Under the pieces are notes generated by a model. That model searched no databases, was not told the origin of the DNA, and was given only the letters and a program-made list of their open reading frames with translations. Positions 49,218 through 58,193 of a stretch of DNA of 64,000 nucleotides are shown piece after piece (the first letter of the stretch is position 1; every line of letters starts with the position of its first letter). Made by a program: the position numbers and the translations under genes. Source of the DNA: an uncultured Rikenellaceae bacterium (GTDB taxonomy: Bacteria > Bacteroidota > Bacteroidia > Bacteroidales > VadinHA17); the NCBI GenBank assembly GCA_964638545.1, contig CAZXAM010000009.1, positions 2,935 through 66,934 of the forward strand, written 5' to 3'.

Positions 49218-51386
49218 GTGTTATCTTCTGAAATTCAATCGGGATACAGGGCTTTGCTAAGGACTGCCAAAAACAGTGTCTCAAGGGAAGATTATTCCAA
49301 AATAAGAAGAGCCACCGACCTTGCCATAATTTCATGCGGCGAAAAGAAAACCATTACCGGTGAACCCAAAATCCTTCATTCCCTTTCAGTAGCAAAGATC
49401 ATTGCAGGAGAAATGGGACTGGGCCTTACCTCAATTATCACTGCTCTCCTTCATGATTCATGGAAAGATCTTGAAACAGATAGTAAAACCATCGAAAAGG
49501 ATTTCGGAAAGAAGGTTGTCGAAATTCTCGAAGGCTTTTCAAGGATCGAAGGGATAGAATCCATGCAATCCTCATACCAGGCTGAAAACTTTCGCAAACT
49601 TCTTCTCAGCCTCGCTGACGACGTCAGAGTAATACTTATCAAACTTGTGGAACGGCTTGAATATATGAGAAATCTGGATCAGGCCGCTGAAAAGGAAAAA
49701 ATACCTCTCGCTTCTGAAACATATTTTCTCTATGCACCCCTGGCACACAGACTTGGATTCTACAACATCAAGTCGGAGATGGAGGATCTTGCCGTAAAAT
49801 ACCTTGAACCGGAACAGTACGACTTTGTCGAAAATCGGCTTAAGCAAACAACATCCTCAAGGAACAGGCTTATAAGGGAATTTTCAGCACCTTTGCAGGA
49901 GAGGCTGGAAAAGCAAGGCTTTAGGTTCACAATCAAAAGTCGCACAAAATCAATCCATTCCATAATGCTGAAAATGAAAAAACAGGGAGTGGAATTTGAG
50001 GAAATATTTGATCTTTTTGCTGTCAGGATAATTCTTGACACTTCTGGTCAGAATGAAAAATCTGATTGCTGGCGAGCCTATTCGGTCGTTACAGATCTGT
50101 ATCAGCCAAACCCCAGCAGACTGCGCGACTGGATCTCTGTTCCGAAATCAAACGGATATGAATCGCTGCATACAACAGTAATCGGACCGCGTGGAAAATG
50201 GGTCGAAGTCCAGATCAGATCTGTCAGGATGGACGAAATTGCCGAAAAAGGACTGGCAGCCCATTTCAAGTACAAAGGAATTAAGGGAGAAGGCGGTCTG
50301 GATTCCTGGCTGGCAAAAATGAGGGAAATACTTGAATCCCCTGAAAAAGAAGATACTGCCTTCCTCGACCAGGTCAGATCAGGTCTTTATACAGACGAGG
50401 TTTTCGTATTTACCCCCAAAGGAGACCTGAGACAGCTTCCTGCAGGAGCCACAGTTCTTGATTTCGCCTTCGACATTCATACCGCTGTCGGAGCCTCCTG
50501 TGTTGGCGCGAAGGTAAATGGGAAAAATGTGACAATCAGGCACGTACTTCAGAATGGCGATCATGTTGATATTATAAGATCAAGGAATCAGACACCAAAG
50601 CAGGATTGGCTCTCCTTCGTAATTACTACCAAGGCGCGTGCAAAGATAAAGCTTGCCCTCAATGAAGAAAAGATGAGGGCTGCAACTGAAGGCAAGGAAC
50701 TGCTCATGCGCCGGTTAAAGAATTGGAAAATCCCCTTCGGAGATACGGTTATCCAAAAGCTTATCAATCATTATAACTTCAAAACTTCACAGGATCTTTA
50801 TCATCTGATCTCAACAGGAAAGATAGAATTGCTTGAGATCAAGGATATCCTTCTGAAGGATGAACCTGCTCCGGCTTTGCCTCAGCCGGTTGTCCAGGAT
50901 AAGGAAAACAGGGAAACGGTTGAATCTCAGTATGGAGACTACCTGGTAATTGAAGACAGAGTTGAAGGACTTGATTACAGGCTGTCAAAGTGCTGTAATC
51001 CGGTTTTTGGGGACTCTGTTTTCGGTTTTGTAACAATCTCAGAAGGCATAAAAATACACCGCACAAGCTGTCCGAATGCCCAGAACCTGATCTCAAGATA
51101 TCCTTACAGAGTGGTGGCCGCCAGATGGACAAAGTCAAAAACAATAACCTCATTCATTTCGTCAATAAAGATAACCGGGGTGGAAGACCTTGGGATTGTA
51201 AATAAAATTGCAGATGTAATTTCAGCCTACAGCGTGACAATCAGAAATTTCAACTATAGCATGGAAGACAATATGTTCGAGGGAACCCTTAATCTGCTGG
51301 TTCCGAATAATGATGTGCTCTATGCTATCATAAAAAAAATCCGCCTTATTAAAGGTGTCCTCAGGGTAATACGTCAGATCAGCTGA
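49218..51386 (+). CDS. RelA/SpoT homologue (long RSH) (p)ppGpp synthetase
   Basis: Synthetase motifs SRTKSIHSIMLKM, DLFAVRII, YESLHT and EVQIRS, plus TGS and ACT-like C-terminal regions. GTG start. Confidence 0.85.
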   Translation: MLSSEIQSGYRALLRTAKNSVSREDYSKIRRATDLAIISCGEKKTITGEPKILHSLSVAKIIAGEMGLGLTSIITALLHDSWKDLETDSKTIEKDFGKKVVEILEGFSRIEGIESMQSSYQAENFRKLLLSLADDVRVILIKLVERLEYMRNLDQAAEKEKIPLASETYFLYAPLAHRLGFYNIKSEMEDLAVKYLEPEQYDFVENRLKQTTSSRNRLIREFSAPLQERLEKQGFRFTIKSRTKSIHSIMLKMKKQGVEFEEIFDLFAVRIILDTSGQNEKSDCWRAYSVVTDLYQPNPSRLRDWISVPKSNGYESLHTTVIGPRGKWVEVQIRSVRMDEIAEKGLAAHFKYKGIKGEGGLDSWLAKMREILESPEKEDTAFLDQVRSGLYTDEVFVFTPKGDLRQLPAGATVLDFAFDIHTAVGASCVGAKVNGKNVTIRHVLQNGDHVDIIRSRNQTPKQDWLSFVITTKARAKIKLALNEEKMRAATEGKELLMRRLKNWKIPFGDTVIQKLINHYNFKTSQDLYHLISTGKIELLEIKDILLKDEPAPALPQPVVQDKENRETVESQYGDYLVIEDRVEGLDYRLSKCCNPVFGDSVFGFVTISEGIKIHRTSCPNAQNLISRYPYRVVAARWTKSKTITSFISSIKITGVEDLGIVNKIADVISAYSVTIRNFNYSMEDNMFEGTLNLLVPNNDVLYAIIKKIRLIKGVLRVIRQIS

Positions 51387-51402
51387 ATTAATATTTTAAA
51401 GT

Positions 51403-52113
51403 ATGTTCAACACATTATTGTTCATTTCACTGGCTCCTGTTTTTATTATAGCTTTTTATATATATAGCCGCGACAGGTATGAGAAGGAACCTCTGTCAGT
51501 TTTGATAAAGGCCTTGTTTATAGGTGTTCTGTGTGTCTTACCTGTACTTTTGATTGAAGGAGTGCTGACAAAGTTGTACATCGGTCCTGAGGGCATTAGT
51601 GAGGCTGCTTACACAGCGTTTGTGGTAGCAGGCCTCACGGAGGAGGGGATTAAGTTCCTGGCTTTGTATCTATTTTTCTGGAAGAATAAGAATTTCAATG
51701 AGAAATTTGATGCGATAGTCTATGCAGTTTTTATTTCCCTTGGGTTTGCAGCCATTGAGAACGTCCTCTATGTTTTCCAGGGAGGCTATAGCGTAGGTCT
51801 TGTGAGAGCCGTTACTGCTGTTCCTGCACATGCTCTTTTCGGAATTATGATGGGTTATAACTTCGGACTGGCACGTTTTAACCGTGAGTATAAGGGAATA
51901 AATCTTTTTGCTGCTTTTGCCATTCCCTTTATTTCACATGGAGCGTACGATTTCCTCCTTTTGGGTAACAGCCAGTTGCTTATGCTGGTGTTCGTCCCGG
52001 TTTTTGTATTTTACTGGATCACAGGATTCCGCAAAATGAAGAAATTATCAAATGATTCAGTGTTCAGGAACACTTTAAACAATGACCAGGATCATAACGG
52101 AGCATCTCAATAA
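51403..52113 (+). CDS. PrsW family intramembrane metalloprotease
   Basis: Polytopic; EEGIKFL and HALFG motifs. Confidence 0.8.
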   Translation: MFNTLLFISLAPVFIIAFYIYSRDRYEKEPLSVLIKALFIGVLCVLPVLLIEGVLTKLYIGPEGISEAAYTAFVVAGLTEEGIKFLALYLFFWKNKNFNEKFDAIVYAVFISLGFAAIENVLYVFQGGYSVGLVRAVTAVPAHALFGIMMGYNFGLARFNREYKGINLFAAFAIPFISHGAYDFLLLGNSQLLMLVFVPVFVFYWITGFRKMKKLSNDSVFRNTLNNDQDHNGASQ

Positions 52114-52122
52114 TAGGGACTT

Positions 52123-55056
52123 TCAGTATCTCTTGTCTGGTTTTACAGGAAGCTTTGCCATTTTTTCAACTTCAACCGAAGCATAACCAAACTCCACAAC
52201 CACTTTGCCGAGGATCAGGTAGGTTCCTGCTCCCCTGAACGGATAGCTGACAAGCGACTGTGGAAAATGCGTGGTGTCGAAGAAGTTGCCTGCATGATCG
52301 ATGAAGCATCCGAAATTCATCCACTCCTTTTTTATAGTCTTGATATACTTTATGGTAACCAGGTGCCCTGTCATCCTGACCTTTTTTCCCACATGCCTTA
52401 TCAGCTCATTTGCAGGCACCTCACCGCGGAATGATGTCTCAAGCATGTCGAACCATGTCAATGATACCGGGAAGCCTAAAAGCTCAATCTCGTCATAAGC
52501 ATCGTCGAGCCTGCTGTGTTCAAGCTCGGGAAGCTTGAAATTCCTTTCCGGGGTAGAGAAGAGCCGCCTCATAGGTTCAGGTTTGCTTTTATTCATCAGC
52601 ATGTGAGCCTCCCACAGCAGCTCGCTTTTTTTCTTACCTGTGAATCTGAACGCACCTGTCCTTATAAGAAGTATTACCTGTTCAAGACCGGGATTGAGTC
52701 TTGCCACAAAATCGCTCAAATCTCTGAATGGACCCTCCGAAAGACGGTTATCTTCGATCATTGTTCCAAGCTTTTCCTCGAGACTCATTACATGAATAAA
52801 CCCCAGATAGATGTCAGTGCCATAGATAGTTGTCTTATAATTGCTCTTATTCAGGCATGGCGCCTGGATGGTGGCTCCGTACCTTTTAGCTTCGTGGACA
52901 TAAACCCATGTGCGGTAAAAACCTCCGAAGTTATTTATCACAGCAACCATGAATTCGAGAGGGAAGTGGGCCTTAAGGTAGAGGCTCTGGAAGCTTTCCA
53001 CGGCATACGATGCCGAGTGCGCTTTCGAAAATGAATAGCCTGCAAACGATTCGATCTGGCGCCATACCTCTTTGGTAAGCTCATCGCTGTATCCCTTTTC
53101 GCGGCAGTTGGTGAAAAATCTCTCAACAATCCTCTGCATCTCCTTCTTCGATCTGTATTTCCCGCTCATTGCACGGCGGAGCGTATCTGCATCTGCAAGG
53201 TCGAGTCCGGCAAAATGATGGCACACCTTCAGCACATCCTCCTGGTAAACCATCACTCCAAAGGTCTCCTCAAGCTGTTCTTTCATTACCGGATGCAAGT
53301 ATTTGAATTTGTCAGGATTATGGAATCTGTATATGTACTCTCTCATCATTCCCGACCGTGCAACGCCAGGTCTGATTATCGAGCTTGCAGCCACCAGCGT
53401 AGTGTAATCATCGCACTTAAGCTTCTGGAGGAGTCCGCGCATCGAAGGGCTCTCGACATAGAAACATCCTTTTGTCTCGCCGCTCTTCAGGAGCTTCTTG
53501 ATCTCAGGATCGCTCTTGAATTTCTGGATTGCATGCACATCTACATCTGTTGAGCGGTTCCGGAGTATGATCTCGGCGCTCTCACGGATATGTCCTATAC
53601 CGCGTTGACTTAGAATATCGAGTTTTTCAAATCCTATTTCCTCGGCGGTGTACATGTCCCACTGTGTTGTGGGAAAGCCTTTTGGCGGCATGTCGAGAGC
53701 GCAATAACACGACACAGGCTCTTCGGAGATGAGTATGCCGCCTGCGTGTATGCTCCTCATGTTCGGGAAATCAGCTATTTTGCTTCCTGTTGAAAAGATG
53801 ATATCGGTTATTTCGTTGCGGTTGGTTTCTGCCGACGGATTATCGATAATTGAATCAATCTCTTCTTTAGGCAGACCGTGCACTTTCCCAAGCTCCCTCA
53901 CTATCGATTTTCCCCTGAAGGTGCTTATCGTACCAAGCAGGGCTGTGTGGCTGTAACCATACCTCTTGAAAATGTAATCTATAACTTCGTCTCTTTCTTT
54001 CCAGGAATAGTCGATATCAAAATCGGGAGGAGAGCTGCGTTTGGGATTTATGAACCTCTCGAAGTAAAGGTTGAGGTCGATAGGGTCAACATTAGTGATC
54101 TTCAGGCAGTAAGCAACAATTGAATTCGCCCCGCTTCCTCTTCCTACATGGTAAAATCCTCTTGCCATGGAGTATCTTACTATGTCCCAGGTTATCAGAA
54201 AATAGGCGGAGAATCCAAGGTTGTCGATTATTTCAAGCTCATGCTGAATGCGTTTGCGTGCTTCGCTGTTTTTCTTTCCGTACCTGTATATCATCCCATC
54301 CCAGGCAAGTTTTTCGAGAAGCAACTTGTCGTCGTATCTGCTTGCTGAGAATAGCTTCTTGTTTTTGTGAGTCCCGAAGTCAAATGATAAATTACAGTCG
54401 TTTAGCAGGTTAACAGTGTTATTTAAAATCTCAGGATAGCTTTCAAACGATTTTCTTATCTGATCCTCAGGGATCAGAAATTCATTTTCGCCGGCGCATT
54501 GCGATGATTTAAGATGGGAGAGGAGAATATTGTTTTCGACCGCCCTGAGGCTCCTGTGAATAAATATATCGTCATTTCCGTTGAAAGTCACGGGCTGAAG
54601 TACTACCATCTTGTTTCTGCCTGCTGTCGGAGCGGTAAGAAGCCTGTTTATCTCCGCCGGTTTTATTCCTGTACGCTCGTTGTCAAAGAGCTTTCTTCCA
54701 GGGAGTTTTGACTGTGAATATATGATGTACGCTTCGGAGAACTCCGGTGCAGGAAAAGGTATACCGCTATTTTCGAAATTCAGCTTCGACATGAACTCGT
54801 TAAGCTCCCTCATTCCTTTGTTACTGCGTGCTATACCTATGTATTGCAGCTCATTGCCGTTCCTGAACTCGATGCCTGAGACAGGCCTTATTCCGTTTTT
54901 CTTGCATTCTCCGGCAAATTCAGGGATGGCTGTTGAATTATTTATATCAGTCAGGGCAATAGTGTCTGCACCAGCGGTTTTTGCTTTCTGCACCAGCTGT
55001 TCAACGGACATTGTTCCGTAGCGGAGACTGTAATATGAGTGGCAGTTAAGGTACAT
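52123..55056 (-). CDS. dnaE2: error-prone DNA polymerase III alpha-type subunit (DnaE2-like)
   Basis: 977 aa with an N-terminal PHP domain (NCHSYYSLRYG), a polIII alpha core (GRGSGANS, PPDFDID) and an OB-fold tail. It sits directly downstream of a Y-family polymerase gene. Confidence 0.85.
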   Translation of the reverse strand: MYLNCHSYYSLRYGTMSVEQLVQKAKTAGADTIALTDINNSTAIPEFAGECKKNGIRPVSGIEFRNGNELQYIGIARSNKGMRELNEFMSKLNFENSGIPFPAPEFSEAYIIYSQSKLPGRKLFDNERTGIKPAEINRLLTAPTAGRNKMVVLQPVTFNGNDDIFIHRSLRAVENNILLSHLKSSQCAGENEFLIPEDQIRKSFESYPEILNNTVNLLNDCNLSFDFGTHKNKKLFSASRYDDKLLLEKLAWDGMIYRYGKKNSEARKRIQHELEIIDNLGFSAYFLITWDIVRYSMARGFYHVGRGSGANSIVAYCLKITNVDPIDLNLYFERFINPKRSSPPDFDIDYSWKERDEVIDYIFKRYGYSHTALLGTISTFRGKSIVRELGKVHGLPKEEIDSIIDNPSAETNRNEITDIIFSTGSKIADFPNMRSIHAGGILISEEPVSCYCALDMPPKGFPTTQWDMYTAEEIGFEKLDILSQRGIGHIRESAEIILRNRSTDVDVHAIQKFKSDPEIKKLLKSGETKGCFYVESPSMRGLLQKLKCDDYTTLVAASSIIRPGVARSGMMREYIYRFHNPDKFKYLHPVMKEQLEETFGVMVYQEDVLKVCHHFAGLDLADADTLRRAMSGKYRSKKEMQRIVERFFTNCREKGYSDELTKEVWRQIESFAGYSFSKAHSASYAVESFQSLYLKAHFPLEFMVAVINNFGGFYRTWVYVHEAKRYGATIQAPCLNKSNYKTTIYGTDIYLGFIHVMSLEEKLGTMIEDNRLSEGPFRDLSDFVARLNPGLEQVILLIRTGAFRFTGKKKSELLWEAHMLMNKSKPEPMRRLFSTPERNFKLPELEHSRLDDAYDEIELLGFPVSLTWFDMLETSFRGEVPANELIRHVGKKVRMTGHLVTIKYIKTIKKEWMNFGCFIDHAGNFFDTTHFPQSLVSYPFRGAGTYLILGKVVVEFGYASVEVEKMAKLPVKPDKRY

Positions 55057-55072
55057 GTTGCTGGTTTTGATT

Positions 55073-55138
55073 CCCCCTTTGAAGGGGGCGAGGGGGATGT
55101 TTTCAACTTTTACACCCCCCAGCCCCCCTCAAGGGGGG
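55073..55138. repeat. G5/C5 hairpin cluster between dinB-like and dnaE2-like genes
   Basis: CCCCC-tttgaa-GGGGG (55073-55088), the GGGGGCGAGGGGG core, and CCCCCC-tcaa-GGGGGG (55123-55138). Confidence 0.85.
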
Positions 55139-55147
55139 ATATTGGGT

Positions 55148-56461
55148 CTAATGTCCAAACCCATACATATAATATCCTCTCAGCCTTTCTTCCATCATTT
55201 CCTGTTCTTTTACAGCGTTTTCGAGCTGTTTACGGACTTTCTCCTCCCTTTCGCTGCTGGTCATCACACCGGCTGCACGGCGCACCGCATCGCGGCCAAA
55301 GCGCTTCCTCATCCTGTCCATGGCCATGTAAAGGCTCACTTTTTCCGGTGTATCATCGAACATGTCGAGCTGCTGTGTTCCACGCACCAGGTTACTGAAC
55401 CTGACGCCGATGAGACGGATGAGCATTCTACGCTGGTAGATCCTGCTGAAGAGCTCTTTAGCGACTTCGGTAAGAACATGGTCGAAGGCGGTGTAAGGGA
55501 TCCGCTTCTGCAGGGTGTGGGTGTCAAAATTTGAGTATCGTATCTTCACGGTCACGCAGGAGGTCAGCTTCTCCTGTTTCCTGAGGTCGTATGCTATTTT
55601 CTCCACCATGCTCACCAGCAGCTGGTTGAGCCTTGTAATGTCGGTAGTGTCCTTTTCAAAAGTGTGTTCGGTACTTATCGACTTCTGCTCCGAGTAGCTG
55701 ATGACGGGGGTGGAATCGATGCCGTTTGCTCTTTTCCATACCTCTATGCCGTTCTTGCCCATGAGCTTCTCGAGCATCTCTGCCGGGATGTTCCGCAATG
55801 TGTAAATTGTTGCTATTCCCATAGAGCGCAGCACGTGATACGTCTTCTGTCCGACCATCGGTATCTTGCTGATCGACAAGGGATCAAGGAAGGGGAGGAC
55901 CACATCTTTCCTGACTTCAATCTCGCCGTTGGGCTTTGCCTCGTTTGTTGCGATCTTCGACACTGTCTTATTCACTGAGAGACCTATCGATATGGGCAGT
56001 CCGGTTTCCTTTATTATATGCTGTCTCAACTCGTGCGACCATTTATAGCATCCGTAGAAGCGGTCCATCCCCGTGATGTCGACATAATGCTCGTCGATCG
56101 ACGACTTTTCGTAAAGCGGCGCCCGTTCTGCAATTATCTCTGTGACCATATTCGAGTAGCTGCTGTAGGCTTCGTGGTCGCCGCGTATCACTATGGCATC
56201 GGGACACATATTGCGGGCCATCTTCATCGGCATGGCGGAGCTTACCCCGTATTTTCTGGCTTCATAGCTGCAGCTTGAAACCACGCCGCGGTCCGACATG
56301 CCGCCGATAATCACCGGTTTGCCTATAAGCCTGCTGTTCCTGAGCCTCTCCACCGATACAAAGAAGGTGTCAAGATCAAGATGCAGTATGGAACGTTCTA
56401 TGTCGCCGACTATGAACATCACACTTAATTTGTTACTCTGTGTCTGGTTACATGTACTCAT
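55148..56461 (-). CDS. Y-family DNA polymerase (DinB/Pol IV-like), catalytic residues intact
   Basis: ILHLDLDTFFVSVE (two Asp), SIDEHYVDIT (Asp-Glu), and little-finger region. An alternative ATG at 56419 (MFIVGD...) may be the true start. Confidence 0.85.
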   Translation of the reverse strand: MSTCNQTQSNKLSVMFIVGDIERSILHLDLDTFFVSVERLRNSRLIGKPVIIGGMSDRGVVSSCSYEARKYGVSSAMPMKMARNMCPDAIVIRGDHEAYSSYSNMVTEIIAERAPLYEKSSIDEHYVDITGMDRFYGCYKWSHELRQHIIKETGLPISIGLSVNKTVSKIATNEAKPNGEIEVRKDVVLPFLDPLSISKIPMVGQKTYHVLRSMGIATIYTLRNIPAEMLEKLMGKNGIEVWKRANGIDSTPVISYSEQKSISTEHTFEKDTTDITRLNQLLVSMVEKIAYDLRKQEKLTSCVTVKIRYSNFDTHTLQKRIPYTAFDHVLTEVAKELFSRIYQRRMLIRLIGVRFSNLVRGTQQLDMFDDTPEKVSLYMAMDRMRKRFGRDAVRRAAGVMTSSEREEKVRKQLENAVKEQEMMEERLRGYYMYGFGH

Positions 56462-56501
56462 CCCCCCAGCCTTTCCGTATGTTTCTTAACCCCACCTCCA
56501 G

Positions 56502-56596
56502 CTCCTCCCCTTAAAAGTAAGGGGAGGAGTGTGCTTTTGTATTTCAGTTAATTACTCCCCTTCCCTTAGCCTTAAGGGAAGGGGCCGGGGGAAGGG
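56502..56596. repeat. two GC hairpins (CTCCTCCCCTT/AAGGGGAGGAG and CCCCTTCCCTTA/TAAGGGAAGGGG) overlapping a four-tract G-run
   Basis: Hairpins at 56502-56529 and 56557-56584. GGGAAGGGGCCGGGGGAAGGG lies at 56576-56596. Confidence 0.85.
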
Positions 56597-56682
56597 TTAA
56601 GTAATTCAGGGGGTGAGTACGTGTGAATAAGAGTATAAAAGCATTTTTTTACATTTTTCTTGCATATTTCATAAACATCCTT

Positions 56683-56690
56683 TACATTTG
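56683..56690 (+). promoter_or_regulatory. candidate -7 box TACATTTG for the XRE-S24 repressor gene
   Basis: TAnnTTTG match 48 nt upstream of the ATG at 56738. Confidence 0.45.
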
Positions 56691-56699
56691 ACTATAAAT

Positions 56700-56717
56700 T
56701 AATCAAATTTATGATTA
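56700..56717. promoter_or_regulatory. candidate operator TAATCA-N6-TGATTA, containing a reverse-strand -7 box TAAATTTG (56711-56704)
   Basis: Perfect 6-bp inverted arms. A third TAATCA half-site lies at 56723-56728. Confidence 0.4.
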
Positions 56718-56737
56718 CAATATAATCAATTTTTATT

Positions 56738-57565
56738 ATGCACTTTGCATCGAACATAAAATTTTTAAGAAAAAGGAGGGGGCGCACACAGGATGATGTT
56801 GCTGCTGCCCTGAACCTGAAGCGTTCCACCCTCAGCGGGTATGAGAACGGTGTAGCACAACCGGGAATTGAGGTTCTGGTCTCGTTTTCCCGCTATTACA
56901 ATATGTCGATCGACACAATGCTGAAGATCGACATGCCGAAGCTCTCCGAAAGTCAGCTTGGTGAGTTGGAAAGGGGCTATGACGCCTATGTCAGGGGAAG
57001 CAACCTGAGAGTGCTTACAACCACCGTAAACGAGGATAACCGGGAAAATATAGAACTGGTCCCGGAAAAAGCCAAAGCCGGGTATGCAACAGGCTATGCC
57101 GATCCGGAATACATCGGTGAGCTCCCCAGGTTCAGGCTTCCTTTTCTTTCAGACAAGAGAAAGTATAGAACTTTCCAACTGAAGGGCGACTCCATGCTTC
57201 CAATTCCGGACGGATCATGGGTTACGGGTGAATTTGTACAGGACTGGAGGGAGATAAACAACGGAAAGGCATATGTTGTATTCACGATCAATGATGGCAT
57301 CGTTTTCAAGATCATCGAGAATAAGCTCAGTTCAGACGGCAGGCTGGTTCTCTATTCACTTAACCCTGTATATGAGCCATATGAGGTCCATATTAATGAG
57401 GTAAAGGAGATCTGGAAATTCGTGAATTATATAAGCAGCGAGCTTCCCGATCCTGTGCTTCCGGAAAAACAACTCATCCAGGCTGTTGCAGCAATGAAAA
57501 ACGACCTGGAACGGATTAAAGCTAAGATAGGCAAGGATATTACTGATGTAAAAGAAGTTAATTAA
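56738..57565 (+). CDS. XRE-type HTH plus S24 (LexA/CI-like) self-cleaving repressor
   Basis: N-terminal HTH (RGRTQDDVAAALNLKRSTLSGYENG). C-terminal S24 domain with Ser in LKGDSMLP and Lys in IVFKI. Confidence 0.8.
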   Translation: MHFASNIKFLRKRRGRTQDDVAAALNLKRSTLSGYENGVAQPGIEVLVSFSRYYNMSIDTMLKIDMPKLSESQLGELERGYDAYVRGSNLRVLTTTVNEDNRENIELVPEKAKAGYATGYADPEYIGELPRFRLPFLSDKRKYRTFQLKGDSMLPIPDGSWVTGEFVQDWREINNGKAYVVFTINDGIVFKIIENKLSSDGRLVLYSLNPVYEPYEVHINEVKEIWKFVNYISSELPDPVLPEKQLIQAVAAMKNDLERIKAKIGKDITDVKEVN

Positions 57566-57574
57566 AGAAGTACC

Positions 57575-57601
57575 CCCTGTCACGCTGTAGGTGTGACGGG
57601 G
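57575..57601. terminator. GC hairpin between convergent genes (no T-run)
   Basis: CCCTGTCACGC-tgtag-GTGTGACGGGG, an 11-bp stem including two G-U pairs. Confidence 0.4.
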
Positions 57602-57607
57602 TGGTAA

Positions 57608-58132
57608 TTAATATGTCCATTTTCCACCTTCAAACTTAACAGGAATTTCTTCCATTCTCTGAATTTCTTCCAGGTTAAAGTTTACATGAGGTAATTCTTG
57701 CAATCTATTAATATTCTTTTTATTATTAGAGGTAACAGAATCCATTATTATAAATAAACCCGGCTCTGTAAAGTACCTGAGAGCAGGCGATTCGCAGACT
57801 ATCGGAGCACCTTCGGGAATATGTCGTAAAATAGCTCTGAAAGCAGAAAGAAGATCATTATCCCTAACTTTTGCGAAGAATACTCTTTTAGCCCCGGCAC
57901 CAAGCATGCGTGAAGTATCCTTTCCCGTGCAGGCATCAGTTTCCTCATATATTGCAAACCCGGCCGTCTCGGAAAGCATAACCAGCCCCGGAGTTGTTTC
58001 ATGAAAATGAGGGGTGATCTTGATCCCTATAACTCCTTCTTTGCTGAACTGCCCTATTATCTTGCACGCCAGGGTAGTTTTGCCTGATTTGTTGCCAGTG
58101 CCGGCTATCAGAATAAGGTTGGGAATCTTCAT
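57608..58132 (-). CDS. P-loop NTPase of unknown function (MobB-like size and Walker A)
   Basis: 174 aa with Walker A GTGNKSGKTT near the N-terminus. Confidence 0.5.
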   Translation of the reverse strand: MKIPNLILIAGTGNKSGKTTLACKIIGQFSKEGVIGIKITPHFHETTPGLVMLSETAGFAIYEETDACTGKDTSRMLGAGAKRVFFAKVRDNDLLSAFRAILRHIPEGAPIVCESPALRYFTEPGLFIIMDSVTSNNKKNINRLQELPHVNFNLEEIQRMEEIPVKFEGGKWTY

Positions 58133-58193
58133 AAAATAAAATGCCCCTTCCAGGCGTCTTGCGGGGGAAGGGGCAGGAACAATGTTAAAACTC

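Noticed and set aside
55039-55534. ORFs 55039..55398 and 55055..55534 (+), containing IPPLKGARGMF-type peptides
   Set aside because: They start in the G5/C5 hairpin repeat and run antisense to the Y-family polymerase gene, which has strong homology-like motifs.
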